From: a virus
Lineage: Duplodnaviria > Heunggongvirae > Uroviricota > Caudoviricetes
Reading direction: 5' to 3' (one strand)
Length of the DNA stretch: 34,976 nucleotides
IMG/VR virus record: IMGVR_UViG_3300027721_000009
Coordinates: 64,001-98,976 of that record
In this document: positions 25,797 through 34,976 of the stretch, one piece after another
Layout: every line of letters starts with the position of its first letter
Position numbering within the stretch: the first letter of the stretch is position 1
The notes under the pieces: model-generated
Database searches by the model: none
The model's input: only the letters and a program-made list of their open reading frames with translations
Told to the model about the DNA's origin: nothing
Position numbers and translations under genes: made by a program

Positions 25797-28700
25797 ATGG
25801 AATTCAACGTAGATCCGTACAATGACGACTTCGAACAGAACGCGAGAGATAACAACTATCTGAAGATCCTGTTCAAGCCGGGATTCTCGGTACAGGCTCG
25901 CGAACTGACTCAGATTCAGTCGATCCTACAGAACCAGATCAAGGCATTTGGCGACCACATCTTTCAGGATGGCTCACCTGTCATCGGCGGAAACATTTCG
26001 CTCGACAACTCTGTTACGTACATCAAGCTAGATGAAACGTACAACAACGAAGACGTAGAACTCGACCTATTCGTAGGTCAGGTCATTCTGCGCGACTCCG
26101 ACTCTCTGGTTCAAGCCAAGGTTCTAGCCTCGTACTTCCCTTCGGGCGGAACGCCTACCCTGATGGTCAAGTACATTTCGGGTGTGGACTTCTCGGACGG
26201 TGACGTATTCCGTGTCGCAGGCACCACAACCCGCGCAAAGCTGATCGACTCTTCCGCATCCGGCAAGGGTACGATTGCATCCATCAACGACGGTATCTTC
26301 TACGTTGACGGATATTTCGTCACCGTGACCCCTCAGACTGCGGTTGTCGCAGCCTACAGCCAGAACGCAAACGTAAAGATCGGTTTGGAAGTAACGGACG
26401 AAATCGTTGACTACGCGATTGATGCCACGTTGCTTGACCCTGCGCAGGACTCCTTCAATTATCAGGCTCCCGGCGCAGATCGGTATCAGTTCGGGCTGAC
26501 CCTCTCCACTCGTCCACTCGACACCGCAGTTGACGAATCGAAATACTTCGAACTCATGCGCGTAGAGAACGGCGCAGTTACGAAGCAAGTCAAGTACGCA
26601 ATCTACTCTGAAATCGAAAAGACGCTCGCACGTAGAACATTTGACGAATCGGGTGACTACACGGTTGTCCCATTCCGCGCATCGGTAGGTCCGTCGCAGG
26701 ATGCCAACAACTACATCATCAACCTTGAGCCGGGAAAGGCTTACGTCAAGGGATTTGAGTTTGAAACCATCGGTACGGTCAAGATGGAAGTCCAGAAGCC
26801 TCGCACGGACGGCATCGACACTCGTTCGCTTGTGGACATTGACTTCGATACCTCTTACGGCAATTACCTCAAGTTCAAGAACGTCTACGGCTCCAATGCC
26901 GCATCGTTCATCAATACGACCACGTATGACACGGTAGACCTTCACTGCACGCACGCAGGCAACGTCCATATCGGCAACGCAAACCGCTACGCCAACACGA
27001 AGATCGGTACAGCCAAGATTCGTGCCATCCGCCGCGACATTCCCGCACAGGACGGTGTAGCCAATGTAGACACCAACGGTGTGTTTGACTTCTACTTCAC
27101 CGACATGCGCATTCAGCCTAGAGTGCTTGTGTTGGAAGATGGATCAACCTCGACCACACTCAAGTTCCCTGATGACGCGAGCGTGCGCGAGAACGCATAT
27201 CAGAACACCACGATTACGGTTCTGCCGATTTCGTTGACTCCGTTCAGCACGGTCAACACAGCCAACGTCTACATGAACTCCACTCGCGTCAACGCAGAGT
27301 CTTCCCTTGCATCAATTCAGGTTGGACAGATCATTCGCGTTGCCGACGAAGTTCGCCAAGTCGTCAATGTATCCACCAACCACCTATTCGTCAACTCCGC
27401 GTTCACGAAGACAGTCATCGGCGGCACACCAAACGCAAACGTCCAGATTCTTCTACAGAACACATACTCTTCGAACGTCACTAACCAGACTCGTAAGATC
27501 GTATCCTACGTGGGAGGCACTCAGACTGCTACCCTCGACCGAGCATTCGATGAAGGCGCGGTTCCTGCGAACAACACCGTCATTCAGTTGAACTTCGGCG
27601 TGGGTGATCTTGAGTCTTGGGTCAAGCCAAACGCAACGTTCGGTGCAGCCAATGCATCCGCAAACATTGCCGTACAGTCCACATTGCTCGACGGTTCCAC
27701 AGAACTCTTTGAGCCATCCGACAAGCGATTGATCTATCCTCTACCTCAGAACACGATCAAGCGTGGCTCGCTCAACAACGTAGACTACAACTCTTGGAAG
27801 TATGTACAGGCAACCGGTGCTGCCGGTGTCTTCACGCTGTCTCTGGAAGCCTACGAGTCGATTCCTTGGAGCATCACTAACTCTAATCTGGAAGACAACC
27901 TGATCGTCATCGTCCGCGAAGCATCGGGAACCTACGCAAATGGCACGGTCCTCAAGCTCAATACGGGCGAAGTCACTACGGGCATCGGAAGCCTTGTGGT
28001 CACGCTGCCTGCTACTATCGGCAAGATCGACGCATACCTGATCGTCAAGCAGAACGATGCCGAAGATCGTAAGCGCACGAAGACTTTCCGTAGCAATCCT
28101 CTAATCACTACGGGACCGTTTAATGTTCCTACCGATACGGATGTTAACAACGAGCATACCGTAAACGTTCCTAACGTCGGCAACGTGGCTAAGATCAACG
28201 TAGCCAACGGGCTGATCTTCATCATCGAACCATCGGTCACGAACGTCTTCCCCGGCGACTCCATCAGTCTCTATGTTCCCGACGTAGTGAACATCCGTGC
28301 CATCCTCAAGGGTAACACCACCCATGTTGCAGATGCAACAAATTATGAGGATATCACCGACCACTTCGCAATCGACCTCGGACAGACGGAAGAAGTCTAC
28401 GAACACGCCAAGATCACGCTAAAGAGTGGATACCCTTCCCCTAATGCGCGTCTGACGATTCACTGTGACTTCTACGACCACACGTATCCCGCAGGCGCAA
28501 CCTACTTCTCGGTAGACTCGTATGATCAGACCATCTACGAAGCCGGTCAGATTCCTATCTACTTCTCCGAAGTGACGGGAACCTACTTCCTGCGTGACTG
28601 CTTGGACTTCCGTGCGACCCGTCGCATCGGTACCGCTGCCGGAACGCTCGACACTGGCATTCTGCCGGATCCTAACTCCGCAACGGAACTGAGCTTCAAC

Positions 28701-29789
28701 TACTATCTCCCTCGCATCGACAAGCTTGTTCTCTCCAAGAACAAGGAGTTCCGTGTGATCAAGGGCGTGTCGTCGCCTGCTCCAATTCCACCGGATGACT
28801 CCGAAGACGCAATGACGCTCTACAACATCTACCTTGCACCATTCTGTGCGTCCACGGAAGATATTCGCCTGCGTTACGTCGAGAACCGTCGCTACACCAT
28901 GAAGGATATCTCGCGCATTGACAAGCGTGTTCAGTCTCTTGAATACTACACTTCGCTGAACAACATTGAAGGGTTGGCACTCGCTGACCCATCCAAGTAC
29001 GCAGACGGTACGGACAAGACGAAGTACGGTATCATCGGTGAAGGCTTCAAGAACTTCAACATTGCTGACTACAAGGATCCTGACTTCAACTGCTCCATGG
29101 AAGAGGGTGAAATGGGTCCATACGTGGGCAACATGCCATTCTCGCTCAATGCATTGACTCTAACGGGTCTTAGACAGAATGATCGTACCGTGACCCTCGA
29201 CTTCACCGAAGAGGAAATGCTTGCGCAGCCAGTGACTAGCAACAAGCTTGTCTCCGTGCAGCCGTTCCTGTTCGCTCAGTTCATGGGTGACATGAAGCTT
29301 TCGCCTGAAATGGACTTTTGGGTATCCGAAGAACTCAAGCCTGATGTGCTACGCGCACCAGAGATTGACGACCGTGTACGTGAAATCTACAACTCCGAGC
29401 GTGCGGCTGAAAGAGCGCGGGAACCGGCAGCACAAGCCCAAGTTCCTACACCTACGGTTGACGCGGGTTCGATTATCTCCACGGTTCCGGGTACCAACCC
29501 ACCGGCTGCGAATACGTTCTGGAACGTTCCTGTGACTGTACCTACCGCGCCGCCATTGGTTCCTTCTCTTGCATTCCAGCTAATTACAGCAGCGAACGTG
29601 AAGAAGAACAAGAAGCGCAGTCTGTTTGACAACATCAAGCTGCTCTTCCCTGTGGTCAAGAACACGGCACCGGCACCAATTCCGCCTGCACCAAGCTCTT
29701 CGCTACCTGTTTACACTTCGCCAATTCGCATTAGCGGTGGTGGCGGCGGTGGATTCAAGGGCGGAATGACCCAAGTGAATATGGTCTAA
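25797..29789 (+). CDS. DUF4815/VrlC-like large virion protein, N-terminal part
   Basis: FNVDPYNDDF, KILFKPGFSVQARELTQIQSILQNQI, APGADRY, LARRTFDESGDY, YYLPRIDKL, RRYTMKDI, VQPFLFAQFMG. Confidence 0.85.
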   Translation: MEFNVDPYNDDFEQNARDNNYLKILFKPGFSVQARELTQIQSILQNQIKAFGDHIFQDGSPVIGGNISLDNSVTYIKLDETYNNEDVELDLFVGQVILRDSDSLVQAKVLASYFPSGGTPTLMVKYISGVDFSDGDVFRVAGTTTRAKLIDSSASGKGTIASINDGIFYVDGYFVTVTPQTAVVAAYSQNANVKIGLEVTDEIVDYAIDATLLDPAQDSFNYQAPGADRYQFGLTLSTRPLDTAVDESKYFELMRVENGAVTKQVKYAIYSEIEKTLARRTFDESGDYTVVPFRASVGPSQDANNYIINLEPGKAYVKGFEFETIGTVKMEVQKPRTDGIDTRSLVDIDFDTSYGNYLKFKNVYGSNAASFINTTTYDTVDLHCTHAGNVHIGNANRYANTKIGTAKIRAIRRDIPAQDGVANVDTNGVFDFYFTDMRIQPRVLVLEDGSTSTTLKFPDDASVRENAYQNTTITVLPISLTPFSTVNTANVYMNSTRVNAESSLASIQVGQIIRVADEVRQVVNVSTNHLFVNSAFTKTVIGGTPNANVQILLQNTYSSNVTNQTRKIVSYVGGTQTATLDRAFDEGAVPANNTVIQLNFGVGDLESWVKPNATFGAANASANIAVQSTLLDGSTELFEPSDKRLIYPLPQNTIKRGSLNNVDYNSWKYVQATGAAGVFTLSLEAYESIPWSITNSNLEDNLIVIVREASGTYANGTVLKLNTGEVTTGIGSLVVTLPATIGKIDAYLIVKQNDAEDRKRTKTFRSNPLITTGPFNVPTDTDVNNEHTVNVPNVGNVAKINVANGLIFIIEPSVTNVFPGDSISLYVPDVVNIRAILKGNTTHVADATNYEDITDHFAIDLGQTEEVYEHAKITLKSGYPSPNARLTIHCDFYDHTYPAGATYFSVDSYDQTIYEAGQIPIYFSEVTGTYFLRDCLDFRATRRIGTAAGTLDTGILPDPNSATELSFNYYLPRIDKLVLSKNKEFRVIKGVSSPAPIPPDDSEDAMTLYNIYLAPFCASTEDIRLRYVENRRYTMKDISRIDKRVQSLEYYTSLNNIEGLALADPSKYADGTDKTKYGIIGEGFKNFNIADYKDPDFNCSMEEGEMGPYVGNMPFSLNALTLTGLRQNDRTVTLDFTEEEMLAQPVTSNKLVSVQPFLFAQFMGDMKLSPEMDFWVSEELKPDVLRAPEIDDRVREIYNSERAAERAREPAAQAQVPTPTVDAGSIISTVPGTNPPAANTFWNVPVTVPTAPPLVPSLAFQLITAANVKKNKKRSLFDNIKLLFPVVKNTAPAPIPPAPSSSLPVYTSPIRISGGGGGGFKGGMTQVNMV

Positions 29790-29820
29790 ATAGATGATCA
29801 ACGAACAAGGTATTCTCTAA

Positions 29821-32800
29821 ATGGCTGACCAAACCCAAGCAACAGTAGTAGGCGAATCCACCCTGATTCCGTACATGCGGAGACAGGACGTTGCGTTCGA
29901 TGCAAACAACCTTCGCCCTCAGAAGTTGGCTCGACTATTCGTAGATGAAATCGCAATGAATGGCTTCTCGCAGAAGGGCAACAAGATTGTCCTCAACTCC
30001 GAGAAGGTTCTGACTGTTGTTGCTAACTCGGCTTACACTGTTCAAGCCGGGGACTGGCTCTATCAGGGATCGTCCAACGCATCCCCTACCTTCTCAGCCA
30101 ACCTCAAGTCCTACGTGTCTGGAACGGGTACGCTGATCATCAATGGAATGAGCGGTAATTTCGATAGTTCAGCCAAGATTTACATCGAAAAGATCAATGG
30201 CATCACTACGTTCGAAGCGACGGTATCCAAGGAAGTCAACTCTAATACGTCTGACATTTTCGTGATGAACGAAGGTCTGATCAACGCGAACACTCGCACC
30301 TTCATGAAGTGCATCGGCTCGTCGGGTGAGAACATCCTGTATGTGTCGCAGAACTTTGTCAACATCAACGTTGCGGTCATCGGCGCAAACTCCATTGCCG
30401 CAACCACGTTCGGCGTAGGTGATCTTGTCTATCAGGCAGCTTCCGGTAGCATGTTCGATACGTCCACGTTCACTGCTAAGGTCGAATACTACGATTCATC
30501 CACCGGTTCGCTAGCACTCACTCCGTTATCCGGCACGATCAACATTGCCGCATCCCCTACTCAGACCTCGACTCTCTGGAACTCGTCTAACACTTCTTCC
30601 AAGGGTATGCGCGTCGGCGGCTACAAGCAGATCGACATTGCGACCAACAACCGTATCGCGTCTGTCACTACCGCATCCAAGAACGTGTCGGTTGTCACGT
30701 ATACGCATCACTCTGGCGCAATCGCAAACGTGGCTGCGAGCCTATCCGAGATTCACCTGAATGCGCTCGCTAACACGGTCGCAGTCGGTAACGTGATCTA
30801 TCTGACCGCAGGCACAGGCTTGGGGCAGTTCCGTCGCATCACATCTATCAGTGGCAAGACCGTCACACTACATGCCGACCTGAGTGTTCGCCCTACTTCT
30901 AATACCAAATACTCTATCGGCAACCACATTGTCGATGAGAATGGATGCCTCAACGGTATCGTCAACATTCCGGAAGAGCCTAACTTCAAGTTCAAGACCG
31001 GCGAGCGTCTGATTACAATCACCGACGTTGACTACCTTGAGTCTGATGACTACACGATGAAGGCTTCCGCACGGTTTGCCTCGGGTGGTCTGCGCAACTC
31101 CATGCAGCGTATCAACCTTACGCCTATCATGCGTCCATTGCCAGAAGTTCCTGCGGCAATTCCGGTTGTTCCGCCTCCACCAACTTCGCGTCCGATTGCG
31201 CCTGCGCCACCGGCTCCACCAGTTCCACCTACGCGCCCTGCACCAGTCCGTCCACAGAATCGTGGTAAGGATCCTGTTGCTCAGACCTTCTGGACTCCAA
31301 AGCCAGATACCAACAAGGTTTCGTATGGCGTGTTCGTGACTTCCGTAGACCTGTTCTTCGGTGCCAAGCCATCGGTCGCTCGCGGATCGTTGCAGCTTCC
31401 TATTCAGGTCAAGATTGCCGAAGTCGTCAACGGCTTCCCAACTCAGAACTACCTTGCCGAAGCTACGGTCAAGTGTAAGGACGTAAAGGTTTCCTTCTCT
31501 CCTTCGCTAGAGGATCCAGACACGATCACGAAGTTCACCTTCCGTGATCCTATCTACCTACAGCCAGACACCGAATATGCTCTGATCGTTATCTCCGATT
31601 CTCCGGAATACGAAGTCTATATCGCAGAACTCGGCGGCAACGTGCTAGGCGCAGATCCTCCTCAGAGAATCTCGGAACAGCCATATGCAGGCTCGTTCTT
31701 CCGCTCGCAGAACTCTTCGACTTGGACTCCATACCAGAACGAAGACCTCATGTTCCGCATCAACAAGGCTCGCTTCTCTGGATCGGGTTCGGCATCGTTC
31801 AACCTCAAGAACGTGCCTGACTTCGACATGAACGTAGACCGTATGTTCATCAACGCAGACAAGCTCACGTTCCCTGTCTCGGCAATTGATTTCAAGGTCA
31901 AGGGTGTCTTCAAGTCCAACTCCGCGTTCGACAACTACACCAACATCAAGCCACAAGAAATCTTCAAGTATGGCGACCTGATGGACTCTTCCAACAAGGA
32001 AACATCGGGAAGCTTCAACAATGCTCGTAAGTTGATGACCGGCAATGCCAACTCGGTACAGATCCTCACGGAACTGGTTACGACGGACCCTGACGTATCG
32101 CCAGTGTTCAACATGGAAACGCTCGCAGTCGTACCGGCTGACCATGATATCAACAATGCCGGTGTCTCCAACACCATCATTTCGATCACGAATCCCGGCG
32201 CAGGCTACAACGCAGTCATTTCTGCCGCAGATCACACAGCATCCAATCTGGTCATTCGGGGCAGTGACAGCAACAGCATGAACAATGCCGCGCAGTTGTT
32301 CCGTGAGACTTATCTGGCTAACAACTTCAACATCGGCTTCTACAACGTTCGCGTGGATACGGATGGCTATGGTTCGGGTGCAGCAGGCTTCGCAGTGGCA
32401 AACACCACCGGATCCAACACCGTCGATTACATCGTCATCACTTCCGAAGGTTCGGGCTACCTCAAGACTCCTGTTCTGGATATATCCAACGGCAACGCAG
32501 CATCGGGTGTCATTCGGGCATCGGCTGTCGCGCAGGGTGAAAACGGATCGCGTGGTGGTAACATGGCTTGCCGTTACATCACCCGCCAGATTGCTCTGGA
32601 AGATGGCTTCGAAGCAGGCGACCTCCGCGTGTTCATGGATGCCGTCCGTCCTAACGGCACCGATATCCATGTCTACTACAAGGTTCTAGGATCCGAAGAT
32701 CCCGGTCGCTTCTCCGACAAGTCTTGGGTGCTGATGCACAAGGTCAAGGATACGAAGTCGAAGGATGCCCGTCAGGTCATTGAGCTTCAATTCCGTCCAG

Positions 32801-32961
32801 ACCTTCTTGAGAATGAACTCAAGTACACCGAGAACGGTCAGCAGTACCCAATCGGCGGCAAGTTCAAATACTTCGCAGTCAAGGTCTGCCTCACCGCAGT
32901 CGATACCTCCATTGCGCCATGGATTCAGAACTTGAGAATCACGGCAACGCCAGAAGGCTAA
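29821..32961 (+). CDS. DUF4815/VrlC-like large virion protein, C-terminal part
   Basis: LIPYMRRQDV.F.A.NLRP, FKTGER, DPVAQTF, FVTSVDLFF, QPYAGSFFRSQNSSTWTPYQNEDLMFRINKARF, YITRQIALE, FKYFAVKV. Confidence 0.85.
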   Translation: MADQTQATVVGESTLIPYMRRQDVAFDANNLRPQKLARLFVDEIAMNGFSQKGNKIVLNSEKVLTVVANSAYTVQAGDWLYQGSSNASPTFSANLKSYVSGTGTLIINGMSGNFDSSAKIYIEKINGITTFEATVSKEVNSNTSDIFVMNEGLINANTRTFMKCIGSSGENILYVSQNFVNINVAVIGANSIAATTFGVGDLVYQAASGSMFDTSTFTAKVEYYDSSTGSLALTPLSGTINIAASPTQTSTLWNSSNTSSKGMRVGGYKQIDIATNNRIASVTTASKNVSVVTYTHHSGAIANVAASLSEIHLNALANTVAVGNVIYLTAGTGLGQFRRITSISGKTVTLHADLSVRPTSNTKYSIGNHIVDENGCLNGIVNIPEEPNFKFKTGERLITITDVDYLESDDYTMKASARFASGGLRNSMQRINLTPIMRPLPEVPAAIPVVPPPPTSRPIAPAPPAPPVPPTRPAPVRPQNRGKDPVAQTFWTPKPDTNKVSYGVFVTSVDLFFGAKPSVARGSLQLPIQVKIAEVVNGFPTQNYLAEATVKCKDVKVSFSPSLEDPDTITKFTFRDPIYLQPDTEYALIVISDSPEYEVYIAELGGNVLGADPPQRISEQPYAGSFFRSQNSSTWTPYQNEDLMFRINKARFSGSGSASFNLKNVPDFDMNVDRMFINADKLTFPVSAIDFKVKGVFKSNSAFDNYTNIKPQEIFKYGDLMDSSNKETSGSFNNARKLMTGNANSVQILTELVTTDPDVSPVFNMETLAVVPADHDINNAGVSNTIISITNPGAGYNAVISAADHTASNLVIRGSDSNSMNNAAQLFRETYLANNFNIGFYNVRVDTDGYGSGAAGFAVANTTGSNTVDYIVITSEGSGYLKTPVLDISNGNAASGVIRASAVAQGENGSRGGNMACRYITRQIALEDGFEAGDLRVFMDAVRPNGTDIHVYYKVLGSEDPGRFSDKSWVLMHKVKDTKSKDARQVIELQFRPDLLENELKYTENGQQYPIGGKFKYFAVKVCLTAVDTSIAPWIQNLRITATPEG

Positions 32962-32966
32962 GACCA

Positions 32967-33179
32967 ATGAGAATGAAAGTACGAGAGAATGAGCGTCTGG
33001 TTCGGGAATCGTCCAACTTCGCCATTCTGAACACCGACAGATCCGCGCTCTCTTCTCATGATCAGAAGATGGCACGGCTTCGCCGGGATCAGGCTCATGA
33101 AGAGGAACTAAATAATATCAAGCGCGATGTGACAGAAATCAAAGACCTGTTGCAACAACTTCTACAACAGAGTAAGTAA
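32967..33179 (+). CDS. Small coiled-coil protein conserved downstream of DUF4815 genes
   Basis: LVRESSNFAILNTD...LNNIKRDVTEIKDLLQQLL. Confidence 0.75.
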   Translation: MRMKVRENERLVRESSNFAILNTDRSALSSHDQKMARLRRDQAHEEELNNIKRDVTEIKDLLQQLLQQSK

Positions 33180-33182
33180 CCC

Positions 33183-34976
33183 ATGACAAGTAGCGTAAAC
33201 GTTTCCACAGTCGTAGTCGCCAACACCTTCGACCAATGGCGCATTCAGACGAATCTTCTCAAAGATGACGTAAACGAGATTGCGCGTGGTGATTTCGTCA
33301 AGCCTACGGGTAATGTCACCCTGACAGTCGGACGTTTGGTTCTTCCTAACGCAACCGGCACCATGTTGGACGTTACGGCTGACGCTCGCGTTTCCGGTAA
33401 GATTTCGGTCAAGAACATCGAACAGGACGGCGGCGCGGCATACCTCTATTCCGACTCTCTGGATATCAAGTTCCGCGCAGGCGACGGCACGATTCATGCC
33501 AACGGCAACACTCGTACTCGCTTCCTCTACAACAACACGTTCTTCTCGGCAGCGAACATCAACGCAACCGGCTTCATCGAAACCACAGGCGCATCCAACA
33601 ACGCTAATCTGTTGATGAATGTCGCGGGTGTAATGACGATTAGAACGAGTGCCAATAGCGGCAACGTCTACTTCGCAAACAACGTTTCGGTGGCTAACAT
33701 TGCCACGATTGGCAATGCGGTCATTACCCTTGCCAACGTTGTGACTCTGAATGCCAATGCTACTGGATCGTGGATCTACGCCGCAAATATCGCAGCGACC
33801 AATGTAGCCACACCGAATGCTGTGATGACTAGAATCATCGGCACGACGGCTAACATTGCTACCCTGAACGTGGCTGCGACTGGTGCGACAGCCAACTTTG
33901 CCAACGTTACACTCGCCAACACCACGACCACCAATGCGTCAGCATCTATGCTCACGGTTACGACCAGAGCAAATGTGGTTCTGGCTAACATCGTCACCGC
34001 AAACGTAGCGACACTGAACGTGGCTGCTGCCGGTGCGAGTGCGAACATTGCTAACGCGAACATTGCGAACATCGTATCGGCTAACGTCATTGTGACGGCA
34101 GCGCGAGCAACGAACCTGAACGTAACAACGGGTAACATCGTCACTCTGGCTGTAGAAAGCCTTACTCTTACGAATCCAATTCTCGGTCCTGCTGAGTCTG
34201 ACGCAGACTCGTACCGTCTACGTATCGCTCAGACGACTCGCGGCGATGGTAAGTTTGGCGTATTCCAAGGCACGACCAATGGCAACGCAGCCATTGCATT
34301 CGCGACTTCTTCGAACACATGGCAGGCAACCGCGAACGACCTGACGACCTATCAGACGTTGCTCACAACCGCAAACGTTAAGTCTACTTACGCCAATGAA
34401 TCGGCTAACGTTGCTTCGCTTACTCTGGTTAATAGTACAAGACTCAATGTTGAGGCAGCATACGCATCTTCGAACGTAGCTGCGAACACAGTACGTGTCT
34501 CGGCACAATCTGCATCGACCATTCACAATGCTCAGTTGAACTTCATCAACTCGGCATCCATCAACGTTCTCGTCACTACGGGTGTCACCGGCAACGCAAA
34601 CATTTCCTTCACCGCAAACTCTTCGAACCCTGCATTGCTAGGTCCGCAGGGTATTCAGGGTGTACAGGGAACGCTAGGCGTTCAGGGTTCCGCAGGCTTT
34701 GTCGGATCAGACGGTGCGCAGGGTGCAATCGGTGCACAGGGCAGTGCCGGTTCGAATGGAACTCAAGGTGCAATCGGTGCACAGGGTATTGCCGGATCTA
34801 ACGGTTCGAATGGAACTCAAGGTGCAATCGGTGCACAGGGACTTGCCGGTACTAACGGAACTCAGGGTCTTACGGGTGCACAAGGTATTGCCGGATCGAA
34901 TGGTTCGAATGGTGCACAAGGTATTGCCGGATCGAATGGTTCGAATGGTGCACAAGGTATTGCCGGATCCAACGGT
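33183..34976 (+). CDS. Tail fibre/virion structural protein with collagen-like repeats (3' truncated, no stop in window)
   Basis: ATG 33183, MTSSVNVSTVVVANTFDQWRIQTN (T4-like fibre N-terminus), AN(V/I) beta-repeat region, G-X-Y repeats from 34641; missing from the ORF track. Confidence 0.85.
   Translation, partial: MTSSVNVSTVVVANTFDQWRIQTNLLKDDVNEIARGDFVKPTGNVTLTVGRLVLPNATGTMLDVTADARVSGKISVKNIEQDGGAAYLYSDSLDIKFRAGDGTIHANGNTRTRFLYNNTFFSAANINATGFIETTGASNNANLLMNVAGVMTIRTSANSGNVYFANNVSVANIATIGNAVITLANVVTLNANATGSWIYAANIAATNVATPNAVMTRIIGTTANIATLNVAATGATANFANVTLANTTTTNASASMLTVTTRANVVLANIVTANVATLNVAAAGASANIANANIANIVSANVIVTAARATNLNVTTGNIVTLAVESLTLTNPILGPAESDADSYRLRIAQTTRGDGKFGVFQGTTNGNAAIAFATSSNTWQATANDLTTYQTLLTTANVKSTYANESANVASLTLVNSTRLNVEAAYASSNVAANTVRVSAQSASTIHNAQLNFINSASINVLVTTGVTGNANISFTANSSNPALLGPQGIQGVQGTLGVQGSAGFVGSDGAQGAIGAQGSAGSNGTQGAIGAQGIAGSNGSNGTQGAIGAQGLAGTNGTQGLTGAQGIAGSNGSNGAQGIAGSNGSNGAQGIAGSNG
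34641..34976 (+). repeat. Collagen-like G-X-Y coding repeats, including a 36-bp tandem unit
   Basis: GPQGIQGVQG...GAQGIAGSNGSN; ggtgcacaaggtattgccggatcgaatggttcgaat at 34875 and 34911, partial copy at 34947. Confidence 0.9.

Noticed and set aside
34700-34976. CRISPR array or iterons
   Set aside because: Repeats are in frame, multiples of 9 nt, have no unique spacers and encode G-X-Y
1-34976. Stop-codon reassignment, introns or inteins
   Set aside because: Core genes are intact at expected lengths under the standard code, and I saw no splicing motifs

Overview
A 35-kb stretch of a T4-like myophage of the cyanophage/phiM12/Cr30 type. All credible genes lie on the + strand. The left ~7.8 kb holds phoH, an exonuclease, an accessory island, gp33, gp59 and gp32. 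The island carries small membrane proteins, a glycosyltransferase, a PagL-like lipid A deacylase barrel, a circularly permuted two-piece tmRNA gene and a lipoprotein SleB hydrolase. The rest is a virion module: gp4, gp2, tail-tube-like/gp54, gp26, gp51, tape measure/hub with a lysozyme-like domain, gp48, gp53, gp27-like, gp5, an unknown 547-aa protein, gp25, gp6, gp7, gp8, a two-gene DUF4815/VrlC-like protein and a truncated collagen-repeat fibre gene. Main highlights: (1) a permuted tmRNA with an alphaproteobacteria-like tag; (2) a phage PagL-like enzyme with intact catalytic spacing; (3) a U_UUU_UUU -1 slippery site that would fuse gp26 to gp51 just upstream of the tape measure gene, like lambda G/GT; (4) a recurring CTAAATA late-promoter motif, one copy placed to give a leaderless gp4 mRNA; (5) a small basic protein with a T4-type capsid-targeting N-terminus. 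All assignments come from motif recognition and synteny; no database searches were run.
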